DNA from: Octopus sinensis
Taxonomy: Eukaryota
Reading direction: 5' to 3'
NCBI RefSeq assembly: GCF_006345805.1
Contig: NW_021833024.1
Coordinates: 1-64,000 of the forward strand
Length of the DNA stretch: 64,000 nucleotides
Shown here in pieces: positions 38,839 through 49,968 of the stretch. Both the position numbers and the translations under genes were made by a program. Position 1 is the stretch's first letter. Each line of letters opens with the position of its first letter. The notes beneath the pieces were generated by a model. That model had not been told where the DNA came from and made no database searches. It saw only the letters and a program-made list of their open reading frames with translations.

Positions 38839-41800
38839 CGTCTAAATCCTTTTTTTTTTCAAGACAAAAATTACAGATAGCTAAGTTAGTTAAAGGCCTC
38901 ACGAGACACCCGACCAGCCGCGCGAATGGCGAAGACGTTCCCTCGGATCACAGCAATCGACAGACGTTCCAGGAGCCAAGAAAACTCTCTTGGATCGTGA
39001 CTAGTCCTTGAAATCCGTCGACCGAGCGAGCGAAGGAAGCGGAGTGTCTTGGGACCGAAGATCCCGGAGGACTCCAAGGCAATTGGAGTAAAGAGCAGCG
39101 AGTTGGACAGGTGGCCGTACTTGAGAATCTTTCGCTCCTCGGCCTGCCTGGAAGCGTGCCCAGGATTGGCGGCGGACAGCGCGAGATTTCCCAGCGAGAA
39201 CGTGTCCGAGCAGGTAGAATCCCAAATAAGGGATTTCCCCTGCTCGTAGGGGAAGGTGGACATGCCGTCAGGGCGTTTGCCATCCCCTCTATCCAATCCA
39301 ACAGGTTCAAGGATAGACGGGATGCCTGCTGAGGCGAGGGCTCTCTGTACGACTGAGTTGAGTTCACTGTGACGGGGGCACGACCGGCACTCCGCCGGCA
39401 AGCGAGGGGATGCAAACCGTACTCGTCAACAGTTCCCCCACAACGGCATTTGTGCGACTGGCAGATTTTCAGCCCGACACGGAGGGAGATTGCGATTCTT
39501 AGGCATTCCTTGTCCAACAGGTCCCGATGGAAGGGAGAGGGAGAGCCTTTAACCAGACACCGCTGCTTTCACAGCGACCTGCACGGAGGCAAGCGACACG
39601 GTGTTGATTGGAGACAGGAAGCAGGCCTTCGAAGATTGCCTGACAAGAGATTTCGTCCCAATGGCGCTGTACAGATTGAGAGTTGGGCAGCTTCGAACCA
39701 AACCGAGCCTCCCACCGACCACGGGCTGCAGAGTAAACTTCAGACAATTTCCGTTCGGGGAGGTTTCTAAGAACGATGTCTGAGAGAGTACGAGAAGCGT
39801 GATGAGCGGATAGGAATGCCGGGAGGGCAAGATCGGAATAGGATCTCAAGCCAAGGCCCCCCACCGCACAGGCAGGGATGCCTGAGTCCAGCCTGGATCG
39901 TCGAAAGCCAGATTGCAAAGAGAGCTCGTACCGAGCCTGAGGATATTGTCAAGGTCGGAAAGAAGGTCGCCTCTTTGAAAGCAGGGTGCACATCTTAGGG
40001 TGTAAAGGATAGGATTAGGGACGGAGAAGTGGTTTCGGAGGAGGAAAAAAGCCACATGAGGCTCGATGACTTTAAGCTTGTCGATCATTTTGGATAAGTG
40101 GGAAATTTTTCCAGCGAGTGAGCATTCGAGGGCAGAAGGCCCCATGGGGGCACCGAGAATCGTAAGATTTGATTTGTCCGTAATCCGGACGTCTGAGAGA
40201 ATGCCTCGGCACGTGGAAATTGAAGCAGTGAAGTCACTCGGATTTAAGGCAATGTTCACGATTTCGGATTTATTGGCGTTTATAGATAGGCCGATGTCCG
40301 AGAGGGAAGGGAGGATAGAACGAAGGTCGTCGAAAACAGCGTCGGGGGGACCGCAAATGGTTGCGTCATCCAGATACCATATGTTAACTGGGGATCGAAC
40401 AGAGTGAGCGATACTGTTAACGCCCAAGGCAAAAAGGACAGGACCCAGGGGATCTCCCTGTTGGACCCCGGTGGCCGAAGAGATGGGAACATCGTCGAAC
40501 ATGAGGATACTCGGAGAAGCGTATGAGAGATGTACAAGGGGATAAGCGAACGGAACCAGTTCGCGACAGCACTCCAGCAGGTGGTCACGTCTGATGGAGT
40601 TGAAAGCGTTGAGACGTCTAGTTTGACCATGATAGCCGACTGGGAAGATTCGATGAGTTCACGGAGAGAATGAACGGCCGCTTCGCAGCCGTTTGGGACA
40701 CCGACCCGAGTTGGGCGGGGAGAAACACTTGAGACAAAAAGGGGACAATTGCGTGGCACAGAAGTTTGGCAGAGAGCCTCCGAAAGATATTCCCAACGGC
40801 AATGGGTCTCACGCCGTTGTCCTTTTTCCCAAGGGCAGTAAGGTTGGCGGAAAAGAAAATATCACGAGCAAAATCGGGGAGGGAAACCGGAGATGAAGCG
40901 GTTGCACAGGTTGGTAATTGAGCGTAGGAGTTTTCGACCAGCTTCGGCGGTAGTGGGAGACGTCAGGTCTTTCAGATGACTGGTCTCAGACCATCTACAC
41001 CACCACTGCTTCCAGGTGAAAAGTCCCTCAGGGCTTTCAGTACAAGAGTTTCCGAGACAGCAAAAGGATTGAGAGCGAGGGTGTCAGGGGACGGCTGAGG
41101 CCTGAAGTCGTTTGGCTGAGGGGGATGTTTTCCCTGAGGAATTCAAAACAGCAGGGGTCGTGGGCAAAAGGGACTTGTCGAGGCAACCAGCCTAACTGCA
41201 CCACGAACGTCGCCGTCCAAGAGTTTACTATTAATCTTTCTGTTGAGGTAGTCGACGTCATTCGCGTGAGAGGACACATTATGGGATGGTGAACCAGAGG
41301 GAAATTCGGAGCTAGCGAGGTGGTCCCGCAGCCAGCGGATGGAAAAAGAGTTCTTATCGTACAAGGCCAATTCTTGTTTGACGGTTGTAGCCAGCGAAAT
41401 GGAGGAGGTTTTCACACGGGCTCTTAATGGGGCAAAACCGAGACCAAAAGAGGCGAAGCAAAACAGCTTAAGCCAATCGGAATGGTCATCAGATGCCAAA
41501 GCCTTATCGATTGCGGCGGACAGGGAGGAGGCTGCAAAGATACGCGCAGCTTTTGGGATTCTGGATGGGATTTTCCGGAGACGACGGAAGAGCTTGATAG
41601 ATTTGAGAACTTCCTCGGCAGACGGGGATGTTGCGAATGGCGGTTTTTCGGGGAGTTCTTGCGGGCTGGAACACTGAACCGGCTGGCAAGAGCGGCAGGA
41701 AGGACAGTCCCAAATTAAGAGAGGGCAGAAACGCGCCTGGAAAGACGCACGCAAGAAAGGTGGAAGAATCTGTCGCAACTAGAACAGACTCTCCCTTTCT

Positions 41801-42035
41801 TGCGGTTGTTACTAACTTCGCAAGTAGAGCATAGAACAGAAGTGGGTTGGAAACAGAAAGACATAGAAAGAGAGCAAGATAAACAATGAAAAAATGAAAA
41901 AATGGATGACAGAGAGAAATGGAAAGAGAGAGATTATTAGATAGATGACAATTACAAAAATGGATTATAGAATAAGAAATGAACAAATGAAAAGAAAGAA
42001 ATGAACAACAACAACAACGTGCAACAACGTGCAAG
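38839..42035 (-). mobile_element. Near full-length CRE-clade non-LTR retrotransposon (RT plus RLE), several frameshifts
   Basis: RPIAVGNIFRRL, GVQQGDPLGP, WYLDD, CRC..H..C, RHSELN, RPDG..WDSTC; poly(A) seen as T10 at 38850; candidate TSD TAATTTGCTAATT. Confidence 0.92.
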
Positions 42036-42559
42036 TAATTTGCTAATTGTTGTAAATAATTTTACATTTAAAAAGCAAGCATGGTTCAAATATAAAACAT
42101 CAATTTTCTCAAATTTAAAGTTCATCATTAGTTCGGATCGTTTGCCTTTATATTAGTTGGCCTTTAGTAAATATTGCTATGTAGTTGCCATGGAAACACA
42201 TAAAGGCAGGTTGCCCATAGGGGTCTGATCACCCATGTGACATAATATCAAAAAAATCCACGGAAGGCCCAATAATCCTCGGGCTCAAGGAATTGTCGAA
42301 GGATTCAATCAAACAATAACCAGGAAGTTGTCAAAAATTATGGACAACAGTGAAAAAAAAGTGGGTTGATAAATTATAAAATGCTGTGTACAGTTACAAC
42401 ATTTCTGTCCATTCATTTTCTACTGGAATAGCATCAATTCACTTTTAAAAACAAACGACGTTAATCCTCTTTCAAGGTTTTTTCCTGCATAAATACTTAG
42501 AACATATTTGCTAAGGAAATGTTCGTGGTTTTATTCACTTGACTGATCACTGTTGTCAT

Positions 42560-42980
42560 GATAAAAAAGTTTGATCAGTGCTGGGTGACTCTGAAGATGT
42601 CATCCATAGAAAGATAGTATCAATCACTGTGTATAATAAACTTGTAAACATCTGGCGTCTAAGAAAGCTAAATACAAAGACAAAACTAAAAATCTATAAA
42701 ACGTTTGTTGTCCCGGTCCTGACGTATAACAGGTCGAGATGGGGAATCACGAAAGCTGAAATGAACAGTTTGAACCGATTTCATCAAAACCAACTGAAAA
42801 TAATTATGGACATAAAATTCTTAAGGAGATATCAAACTTAGTCTTATATGAACAATGTAATTCGAGTCCGATCTCCGTGGATATCCTCAATTCCAAATGG
42901 CGACTTTATGGCCACATATTAAGACCGAGCAGCCTCATTTTGCCGAACATCTCAATGGAAAGCTATTTTGTCCGACCATG
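42560..42980 (+). mobile_element. RTE-clade LINE fragment
   Basis: KTKLKIYKTFVVPVLTYN...WRLYGHILR. Confidence 0.7.
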
Positions 42981-43991
42981 ATTATTCTTTATTGGATATT
43001 CACTGGTTTTTTTGGTTGTGAATAACGGATTTCATTGATGGCCTACTTATATAGATTGACAATATATTAAAATTCTATAGAGTAACTTCTCAACAATTAT
43101 TGAAACAAGTGGAAAGAGAAAAGGTGCACAAATGTGATCTACCTGCTGGTGAATTAAGTGAATATACTGCCTTTAGTGTTAATTTGCCACGTTATTTTCA
43201 GTAAATTTTACAAAGTTCACTCAAGGTGGACAATACAGTCAGAGTACTAGATAAGAAAAACCCTTGAAAGTATAAAAGTTGAATACAGAAATAAGCCAAT
43301 TAATTAAAATAACTGTCATTCTGGAGCTACAAGTTAATCCCATGCTAATAAAATAAATTTCATTTTTTACTCTTCGTAATAAATTAATTTTAAATCTATG
43401 GATAAGAGGTCGTATTTTCTTATATTTTAATCAACATTTTCTATCATTCAATTTTTAGTGAAAAATTGCTTTGAATTGCTGTTTTAATTAAAAGGAGTGT
43501 ACTTAATTTTTTTGGAACGCGGAAAGTTTTATTTTGACCCCATTGAATTAATCGTTCTAAATTCATTGGGAATTTTAAATTAGAATATAATAGCACAAAA
43601 TGGGGCTACAAAAATTTGTCAATTTTAGCATAACAGAAATTATATTAAAGAAGAAGAGAAAAGAGTGTTCTTAGGCGGAGCAACCCGCTAAAGAGACACA
43701 ATCAAACAGCCAGCTAGTTCTTTTGGGGTCATACGTTGTTTGGAAGTAAGTGAACTTACCAATCAAATATATTTGTGGGGCTTCAAAATTAAAAAATCCA
43801 ACAGTTAAAATTCATAAACTAGTTAATAATGAATATTTAATGCCAAAATATTGTAAGAGTCAAATATGATTCCATGCTGGTTTATTTTGTGTTAAAATTG
43901 GATAAAATTATTATTTGAAAAATAAATTATGGAAAATCAGTTTTATTTAGCAATGAATCAATGGTAAACGAATGCCAGCTCGGAATTGATT

Positions 43992-44558
43992 TCAAATATC
44001 TAACATTAAAAAAAATAATAACCCATTAAAACTAGCAAAATTAGAATGGAAAATTTGTTTTGAATCAATACACTGAGTTGAAGAGGAGTTTGAGTTTTTG
44101 AGTAAATTCTCAATTCCAAATGCCAAGTTCATTTTTAAATTTGAAGGAGCGGGAACCCCAAATATATTTCTATTTTCATAAAAAAAGTTTGGAGTGATCT
44201 CAGAATACTGACTTGTCCGATTTTTGTATCTGTCTATCTGCCAATATTTAATACAAAGTACAATTTCACTCGGCAGTGTGAATCGGTATACATATTGACA
44301 TCCTTTTACTTTTTTCATTATATTTTTTCTGTAGTAATGACGTAGTGAACGACTCATTTTATCATAATTCATTTTGAATCGACCTTTATGCAAACCCCAT
44401 TGTCTGGCAACTTCTTCCGGGTCCAGAAACTTAAACTCATTATGCTCATTTATCCAGTTTATGAGTTTTGAATATTTATGGCTATTAAGCAGTTCTAAGA
44501 GAAATTCCCATAAGGGCTTTTTGCCAAAAGAATATTGTTTTCGGTCAAAGGGTCTCAT
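43992..44558 (-). CDS. ETS-domain transcription factor, 188 aa, no intron seen
   Basis: LWEFLLELL...INW...DPEEVARQWG..K...MNYDKMSRSLRHYY...YVYRF. Confidence 0.95.
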   Translation of the reverse strand: MRPFDRKQYSFGKKPLWEFLLELLNSHKYSKLINWINEHNEFKFLDPEEVARQWGLHKGRFKMNYDKMSRSLRHYYRKNIMKKVKGCQYVYRFTLPSEIVLCIKYWQIDRYKNRTSQYSEITPNFFYENRNIFGVPAPSNLKMNLAFGIENLLKNSNSSSTQCIDSKQIFHSNFASFNGLLFFLMLDI

Positions 44559-44889
44559 AACTAATTTTTATATAAATCAATAGATAAATAACGCTATTCT
44601 ATAAATTTATCGCCTTAAATTTGGCCAGAGTTAATATTCGGTTTAATTTTATTAGCAAGTTTAAATTACTTACCAGTAATTTTTATAGATTACATGAACG
44701 AATGCTTTGAAATTTATTTAATACATATAATTTACGCTATGTTTCCTGGAAAACGCGATAAGTCATGTCAGATAAATAGTCTATTTCAAAATCAAACTCT
44801 TTGAAATGAAATACGAAAAAATAAACCCCAGTTCTTCTAAATCACTAACTAATTTGAAAATTAATATCATATTTCATTAGGACGTACCG

Positions 44890-45500
44890 ACACAAAGATT
44901 GGCCTACAATTGTCCACGAGAATGACAAAAGAAATGACAGTCAAAAATCCTGGATGAGATCCGTTCCCTGCTTTAAAAAGAAACGCACGTGCGCGGGTGT
45001 CAATGACATCGCTAGTTTCAAATGCAATGGGAGCAAAAGAGAAAGACTTTGGAAAGTATATATTTTTATCTTTGAATTTTCTACCTAAAGAAGGCGTATC
45101 ACAGAATCATTGCCGAAAAGTTTAGGAAAGTAGGTGCGTAGGTGTTTGGAAACGGTGCATACAAGTGACTTTCCGCACTCGGGCGAGAAGATGGTCATTT
45201 CATAAAGACGTTTCAGATCTTCACGGCCGAGGCCAAAAGGCTTGAGTACGGATGAAATCCGGTCGCATCTAGGACTTTCTTCACGACGTCGTCACTGAGC
45301 TTGCACAAAAAAGGTTAAAGACCACATTGCCGCACAACAACTATGAACCTGACATATTTCAAATCGACAAACACCAATTACCAGGGACTGGTTGTCCTAC
45401 CTTATTAACGGGCATCGTCTAGGCTTGAATGCTCTCTAAGGTCTTTCGCAACCTGTTTTTCACTCGGAACGCTGCCAGATGGTTCTTGAAGAAAGTTGAT
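44890..45500 (-). mobile_element. Strongly decayed CRE fragment
   Basis: FSFAPIAFETSDV and RISSRIF remnants. Confidence 0.5.
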
Positions 45501-46787
45501 ACAATTTCATCTCAGGTCATAACGACAGGGACGATTTTCACTTTCGCCCGGTGAATATATTGATGATAAAAGAATATATTTATTCATTTGATGAGGTAAA
45601 AATAACTTGTTATTGCTAGGTTATTTTCTTTGTTTTGAAATTTGTTTGGTTAATTTATTTAAAATATTTAGGGTTCCTTTCAGAATATTTTTAATTGGAG
45701 GATTTTTCTTTGATTTTTTTAACGCCAGGCCGCACAGCATAATTTTGTGGGGTTAGGGGTGGCTTTGATTTATGTGGGAAATAATTCATTTCTTATGGAG
45801 CTGTGGGCAGAACAGTTTAATTTAAAGGAGAAAATGTCTATACAATAAATGCGTTGAAGCAAGATGCAAAAAGATGAGATTCTTAAGTGTTCTTTATATG
45901 CAGTCAACTGTTCTTAAGAAAGCTCTGAAGAGTATCTCGTTTGATGCTCGGAAATCCAATTCTTTCCTGCGATTTAGTCAGAGAGAGGCGTTGGACTGCA
46001 CATTTTCAGACAAATTTTAAAAATAATGAACTTGAAGCAAAAAAGTCATAACACATACCAGATTAAAAATTTATTTTTGACAGATATTTTTAACAAATTA
46101 GATCACCGCAAATAAAATTACATTAAAATTCGTATACAAACTTGAAATCTTGACATATTTTGATCTAAATAACTCAGAATACTAAAATTTGTGGGTTAAT
46201 CTAAATTCTTTGGAATATGAAGGATTTCATTTAAATCTATATTTATAAAGAACAAAACTGTCAAAAACGTGACCTAAAAAGCTATATTGTGAATTTAAGA
46301 AAATTACAAAATAACAAAAATGCCAAATAATTAGTATAAAAGTTTTTATCTTTAGGCCGAAGACAGACAAGTTTTAATCATGTTGAATGTCACAAGCGAT
46401 CTATTTGTTTTTAATACTTAGTTTTGAATGCTGCAAAACTCACCTCAATACACGGAAATTATTTTATTCCTTAGACGAGTACGCCATCTCATTGCTAAAC
46501 TAATACGTTGGCTTAATCGAATTAGTGAGTACGATGAAATAGACCTTATTGTTTGAAGAGTACTCCTAGAGTATCACGTCCACGTGTTAGAAAACAATAA
46601 GGAGAGATTATAATTGACTCGCGAAAAGCTATGACGTGGACTGAGTAACATCGTAAACTTATATGAGCGAATTTTTTTAATAAGATGCAGGACAATTTGT
46701 AAAAGGGTTGAGTGTATCCCAAAGGAAGGCTGTGATCCTTAGTGTTGAAAAAGCGCGTGGTACACACCTAGGGATCATAAAAAGCTA

Positions 46788-47280
46788 CAGTGCGGCCAAT
46801 TAGTCTTGGGACTGTTTTAATTTTTTCCAAAAGTATAAAAGTGCACCTAGTTTTTTACATAATAAAACATTTAAAAATAATTGAAAATGGATTTATCTTA
46901 AGAAAACTTTGACATTTCAAACAAACACTCATAAAATCAAATCCTAATTAGTCTTTAAACAAATCCCTTAAAGAATTATTAAATTTTTAGAAAATTTGAA
47001 TCCAAATAACAACGTCAGGAAGTGAGCGGCCAAGCTCGATCTGCGAGCCTTTTTAAAGTATCCTTTATTTTCCAAAACTTTATTTAAACAATTTTTGTAC
47101 TTGTTCACGTTTTTTAGAAGTTTCTACGGAAATTTCATTCTTCGAAACAAAATGATTTTAAGTCCGTGATATTTTTTTGATGATGTGCCCATACTTTGAC
47201 TTTAAATTCTTTCCAAAGATTTTCAGTGACTTGGACATTCAGTGGTATTAATTAAATATTCTTCTAGCCATTTTTGAGTT
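46788..47280 (+). mobile_element. Tc1/mariner-like 5' remnant
   Basis: TA|CAGTGCGGCCAAT terminus; GSERPSS (GSGRP-like) remnant near 47018. Confidence 0.4.
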
Positions 47281-47422
47281 TTTTTGCAATTTGTTTAGGA
47301 TCATTGTCCTGTTGAAATATTTATACGCGCTAGGCATGCGATAGTGTCCCAGGCACGTTGGGAGGAGAAATCTCCAGGCCTCTCAGAAAACGAGCAATCC
47401 CAGGTAGTAAGCCAATACGAAT

Positions 47423-48875
47423 GACCTACATAACAATTATTAATAAACCATTCTTTGTTCGGATGTTGAGATATTTCAGCATTTTGGGGTTGATAAGCTA
47501 CTAGGTAGAATTGTGTTTTAATTAAAATAATGTTTGTTGTCATTAATAAATTATTTTAATTTTTGGTTACCCAATTATTAATAGAAAACTTAATAAATTA
47601 TGCACGTGTAAATACGCGGTTGACATACCTTTGGGTCGTATTACATTATTTGGTCGATCTTTATGTTTTTATTTAATTGGATTCAGAAGGGATATTCTGC
47701 GATGTAGTTTCTTTTAATTGTTAAATTATCTGAAATTTCATCATTTTGTAATATTTGCAAGTTTATTCCTTCAATCTGTATATTCTACTTATTTTGAAAT
47801 TTTGAAAATTGAATTTCATCTTATTTTTAATGAAAATTTTTATTCGTTTTTATTCTTTATTCTTTTTTTGAGTCGATAAAGCTATTTATGATATTTTTTT
47901 ATGATTTGATTTATACATTTCGTATTTTCAATGGTGTTTTTTAATAAATCTCAATAATATTTTTTTATTTCGTAATTCTCTTGTGCAACTAAGTATTCGA
48001 GTAGAGAAAATAAGAAATGTACAAATCAATTGTACTTTCGCCAAAATTAAATTTACTTTCTAGCAAATTTTGGCGTTTGAGGATAGGTTGGACTAGGAAC
48101 CCGCACACTCGGAAGCTATCAAAAATACAAATAACCCAAACCTCATCCTTGTAATACAAGGATTTTGGCACAGGTCTAGTTTTGTAGACTGTGCTGGCAC
48201 GGAGTCTACCAACACATGAGTATACACTTGTCGATATTTTATTTGTTTCAACACATCTGTGAAGCGGTGAAGAGTACCATGGATGCATTATGTATTGTTT
48301 GATCCGTGATAAAGCTATTTATGATATTTTTTATATTTTCTATTGAAACAAGAACGTCTGTTTGTTTCTATTGAAACAAGAAATCTCAAGCTGTGGTTAA
48401 TTGGGCAGAATGTTTGATCCGTGTCCTATCAAATTACAAGACTTTATCGACCAAACTCAGGACTGTCGAGAATATTTAATGACCCACAATATTCTCGATC
48501 ACGACGAGTACTCCTCCTCACGACTGGAGGGCTGCTTTTTTGCCGCCCTTCGACATTCTTTCCAGAAGGCTTGTATCGAACTCAGGACTGTCGACAATAT
48601 TGTTCCAAGCCTAACTGATCCTCAAACATCAACATTTGCTAGAAAGTAAATTTAATTTACTTGTTTATTCATTTCTTATTTTCAATGGTGTTTTTTCACT
48701 TCAATAAATCTCATTAATTATTTTTTATTTCGTAATTCTCTTGTGCAACTAAGTTGCGCAATAATCCCGATTGCATAACTGTTATTAAAGTAAAAAGATA
48801 GCTGCTAATTAATGGCCTCACGAGACACCCTGCCAGCCTCGCGAATGGCGAAGCTGTCCCTCGGATCACAGCAAT
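47423..48875 (-). repeat. Mosaic repeat, rearranged copy with different inserted cargo
   Basis: Modules matching 8760-8833, 8140-8525, 7555-7640 and 7430-7630, interleaved with unrelated DNA. Confidence 0.8.
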
Positions 48876-49147
48876 GTTGAAATATTCAATTTCCCACATT
48901 TCGATGTTAATAATTGTGTGAATATACGAATGAATTCGAGATTAGTATAAATTCTTTGATCGATATGAAGATAAATCCAAATATTTTATCAAAAAGTGAA
49001 TAAATACCTAACCGTCCCAAGACTAATTTGCACTTGATATTCCAGCTCTTGGATATAAATGGAAAATTCTTCTATAAATTAAACTGATTTCGAATTTTTT
49101 TAATGATCTATGATGTGAAAAACATAGTGCAGTATGCTTTACCATGA

Positions 49148-49780
49148 TTACAAATAAAGGCATAACGAGGTGGTGAGGTCCCTCCATCTTTTGCTCTGCA
49201 ATAAGTATGGCTTGAGGCGGTGTTGCGAACCCATCGAGTTCAATCGGTGTGAGAACTCGCGGGTGTGCATTAAGGTGGATACCCCCATACGCACCTCGAT
49301 TGTTGTCCAGCACATCAGACCCGATATTGTGGTCCACGATAAGGGGAGATTGTTATCGTGGAGGCGGGCATGCCTAGACCGTTTGCAGATAGTGGAGAAA
49401 AGGAGGAAGTATGACCTCCTTGCATACGAGCTAGGACTGATGTCATCCCGTGTGTCATGGGATGGACTGGTCACCACATATCACAAGCGGTATTTAAGAC
49501 AGTTGGGTGTAGATAAGTCTCTACAGACTTGAATGCACAAAATACGAAATGGAAAAGCAGAGCAATATAAAGAGAAGATGAAAGACTGCCACCAAAAATC
49601 ATTAGAATTTTTTTTAAAAAAACTGACGCGAAATGGCCAAAAAGAAAAAAATGCAGGAAAATCAGTCAGTGATGTAAAAAGAACTCTTGTAGACAAATTT
49701 ATGAAAAATTGTGTGTTGTATTCTTTCCTTTTATCTGATGAGTCTGAAGAATCTGTTTTCTAACAGTTTTGGCCAGGAAT
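49148..49780 (+). mobile_element. Decayed R4/Dong-like 3' fragment
   Basis: RHNEVVRSLHL, IRPDIVVHDK, KYDLLAYEL, SWDGLVTTYHKRY. Confidence 0.8.
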
Positions 49781-49968
49781 AAAAGCAAATTGAATAAAAC
49801 ACTTTATTAACAGCATCATCTAACTCAAAGTCCACAAAAAAGCTATTGATCTATTTTTTTGCTTAAACTAAATTATCGTTGAACTTGAAAATATATAAAT
49901 AAAAACCCAATATATTGATTTGCTAACCAAGTACAAAATGTAAGTAAAAAGGCATTATAACAAGCAGA

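Larger units (their letters stand above)
38085..42242 (+). mobile_element. Ginger-type transposon C (same family as A), both TIRs present, 5-bp TSD TAATA, internally deleted
   Basis: TAATA|TGTCACATGGG...CCCATGTGACA|TAATA; removal restores D-F-N-I-K-K-I-H-G-R-P of element A; ORF start MSGFKGYVRN. Confidence 0.9.
34934..42420 (+). mobile_element. Ginger-type integrase DNA transposon A (outer element; coding pieces 35079-35536, 37948-38084, 42243-42420); right end not found
   Basis: TGTCACATGGG terminus; H..H/C..C finger, RFQID, QSDNGSEF, QGIVEGFNQTI; 28-nt and 24-nt introns. Confidence 0.8.

Noticed and set aside
49735-49770. Hammerhead ribozyme core (CTGATGAG)
   Set aside because: No suitable stem II or GAAA partner found by eye
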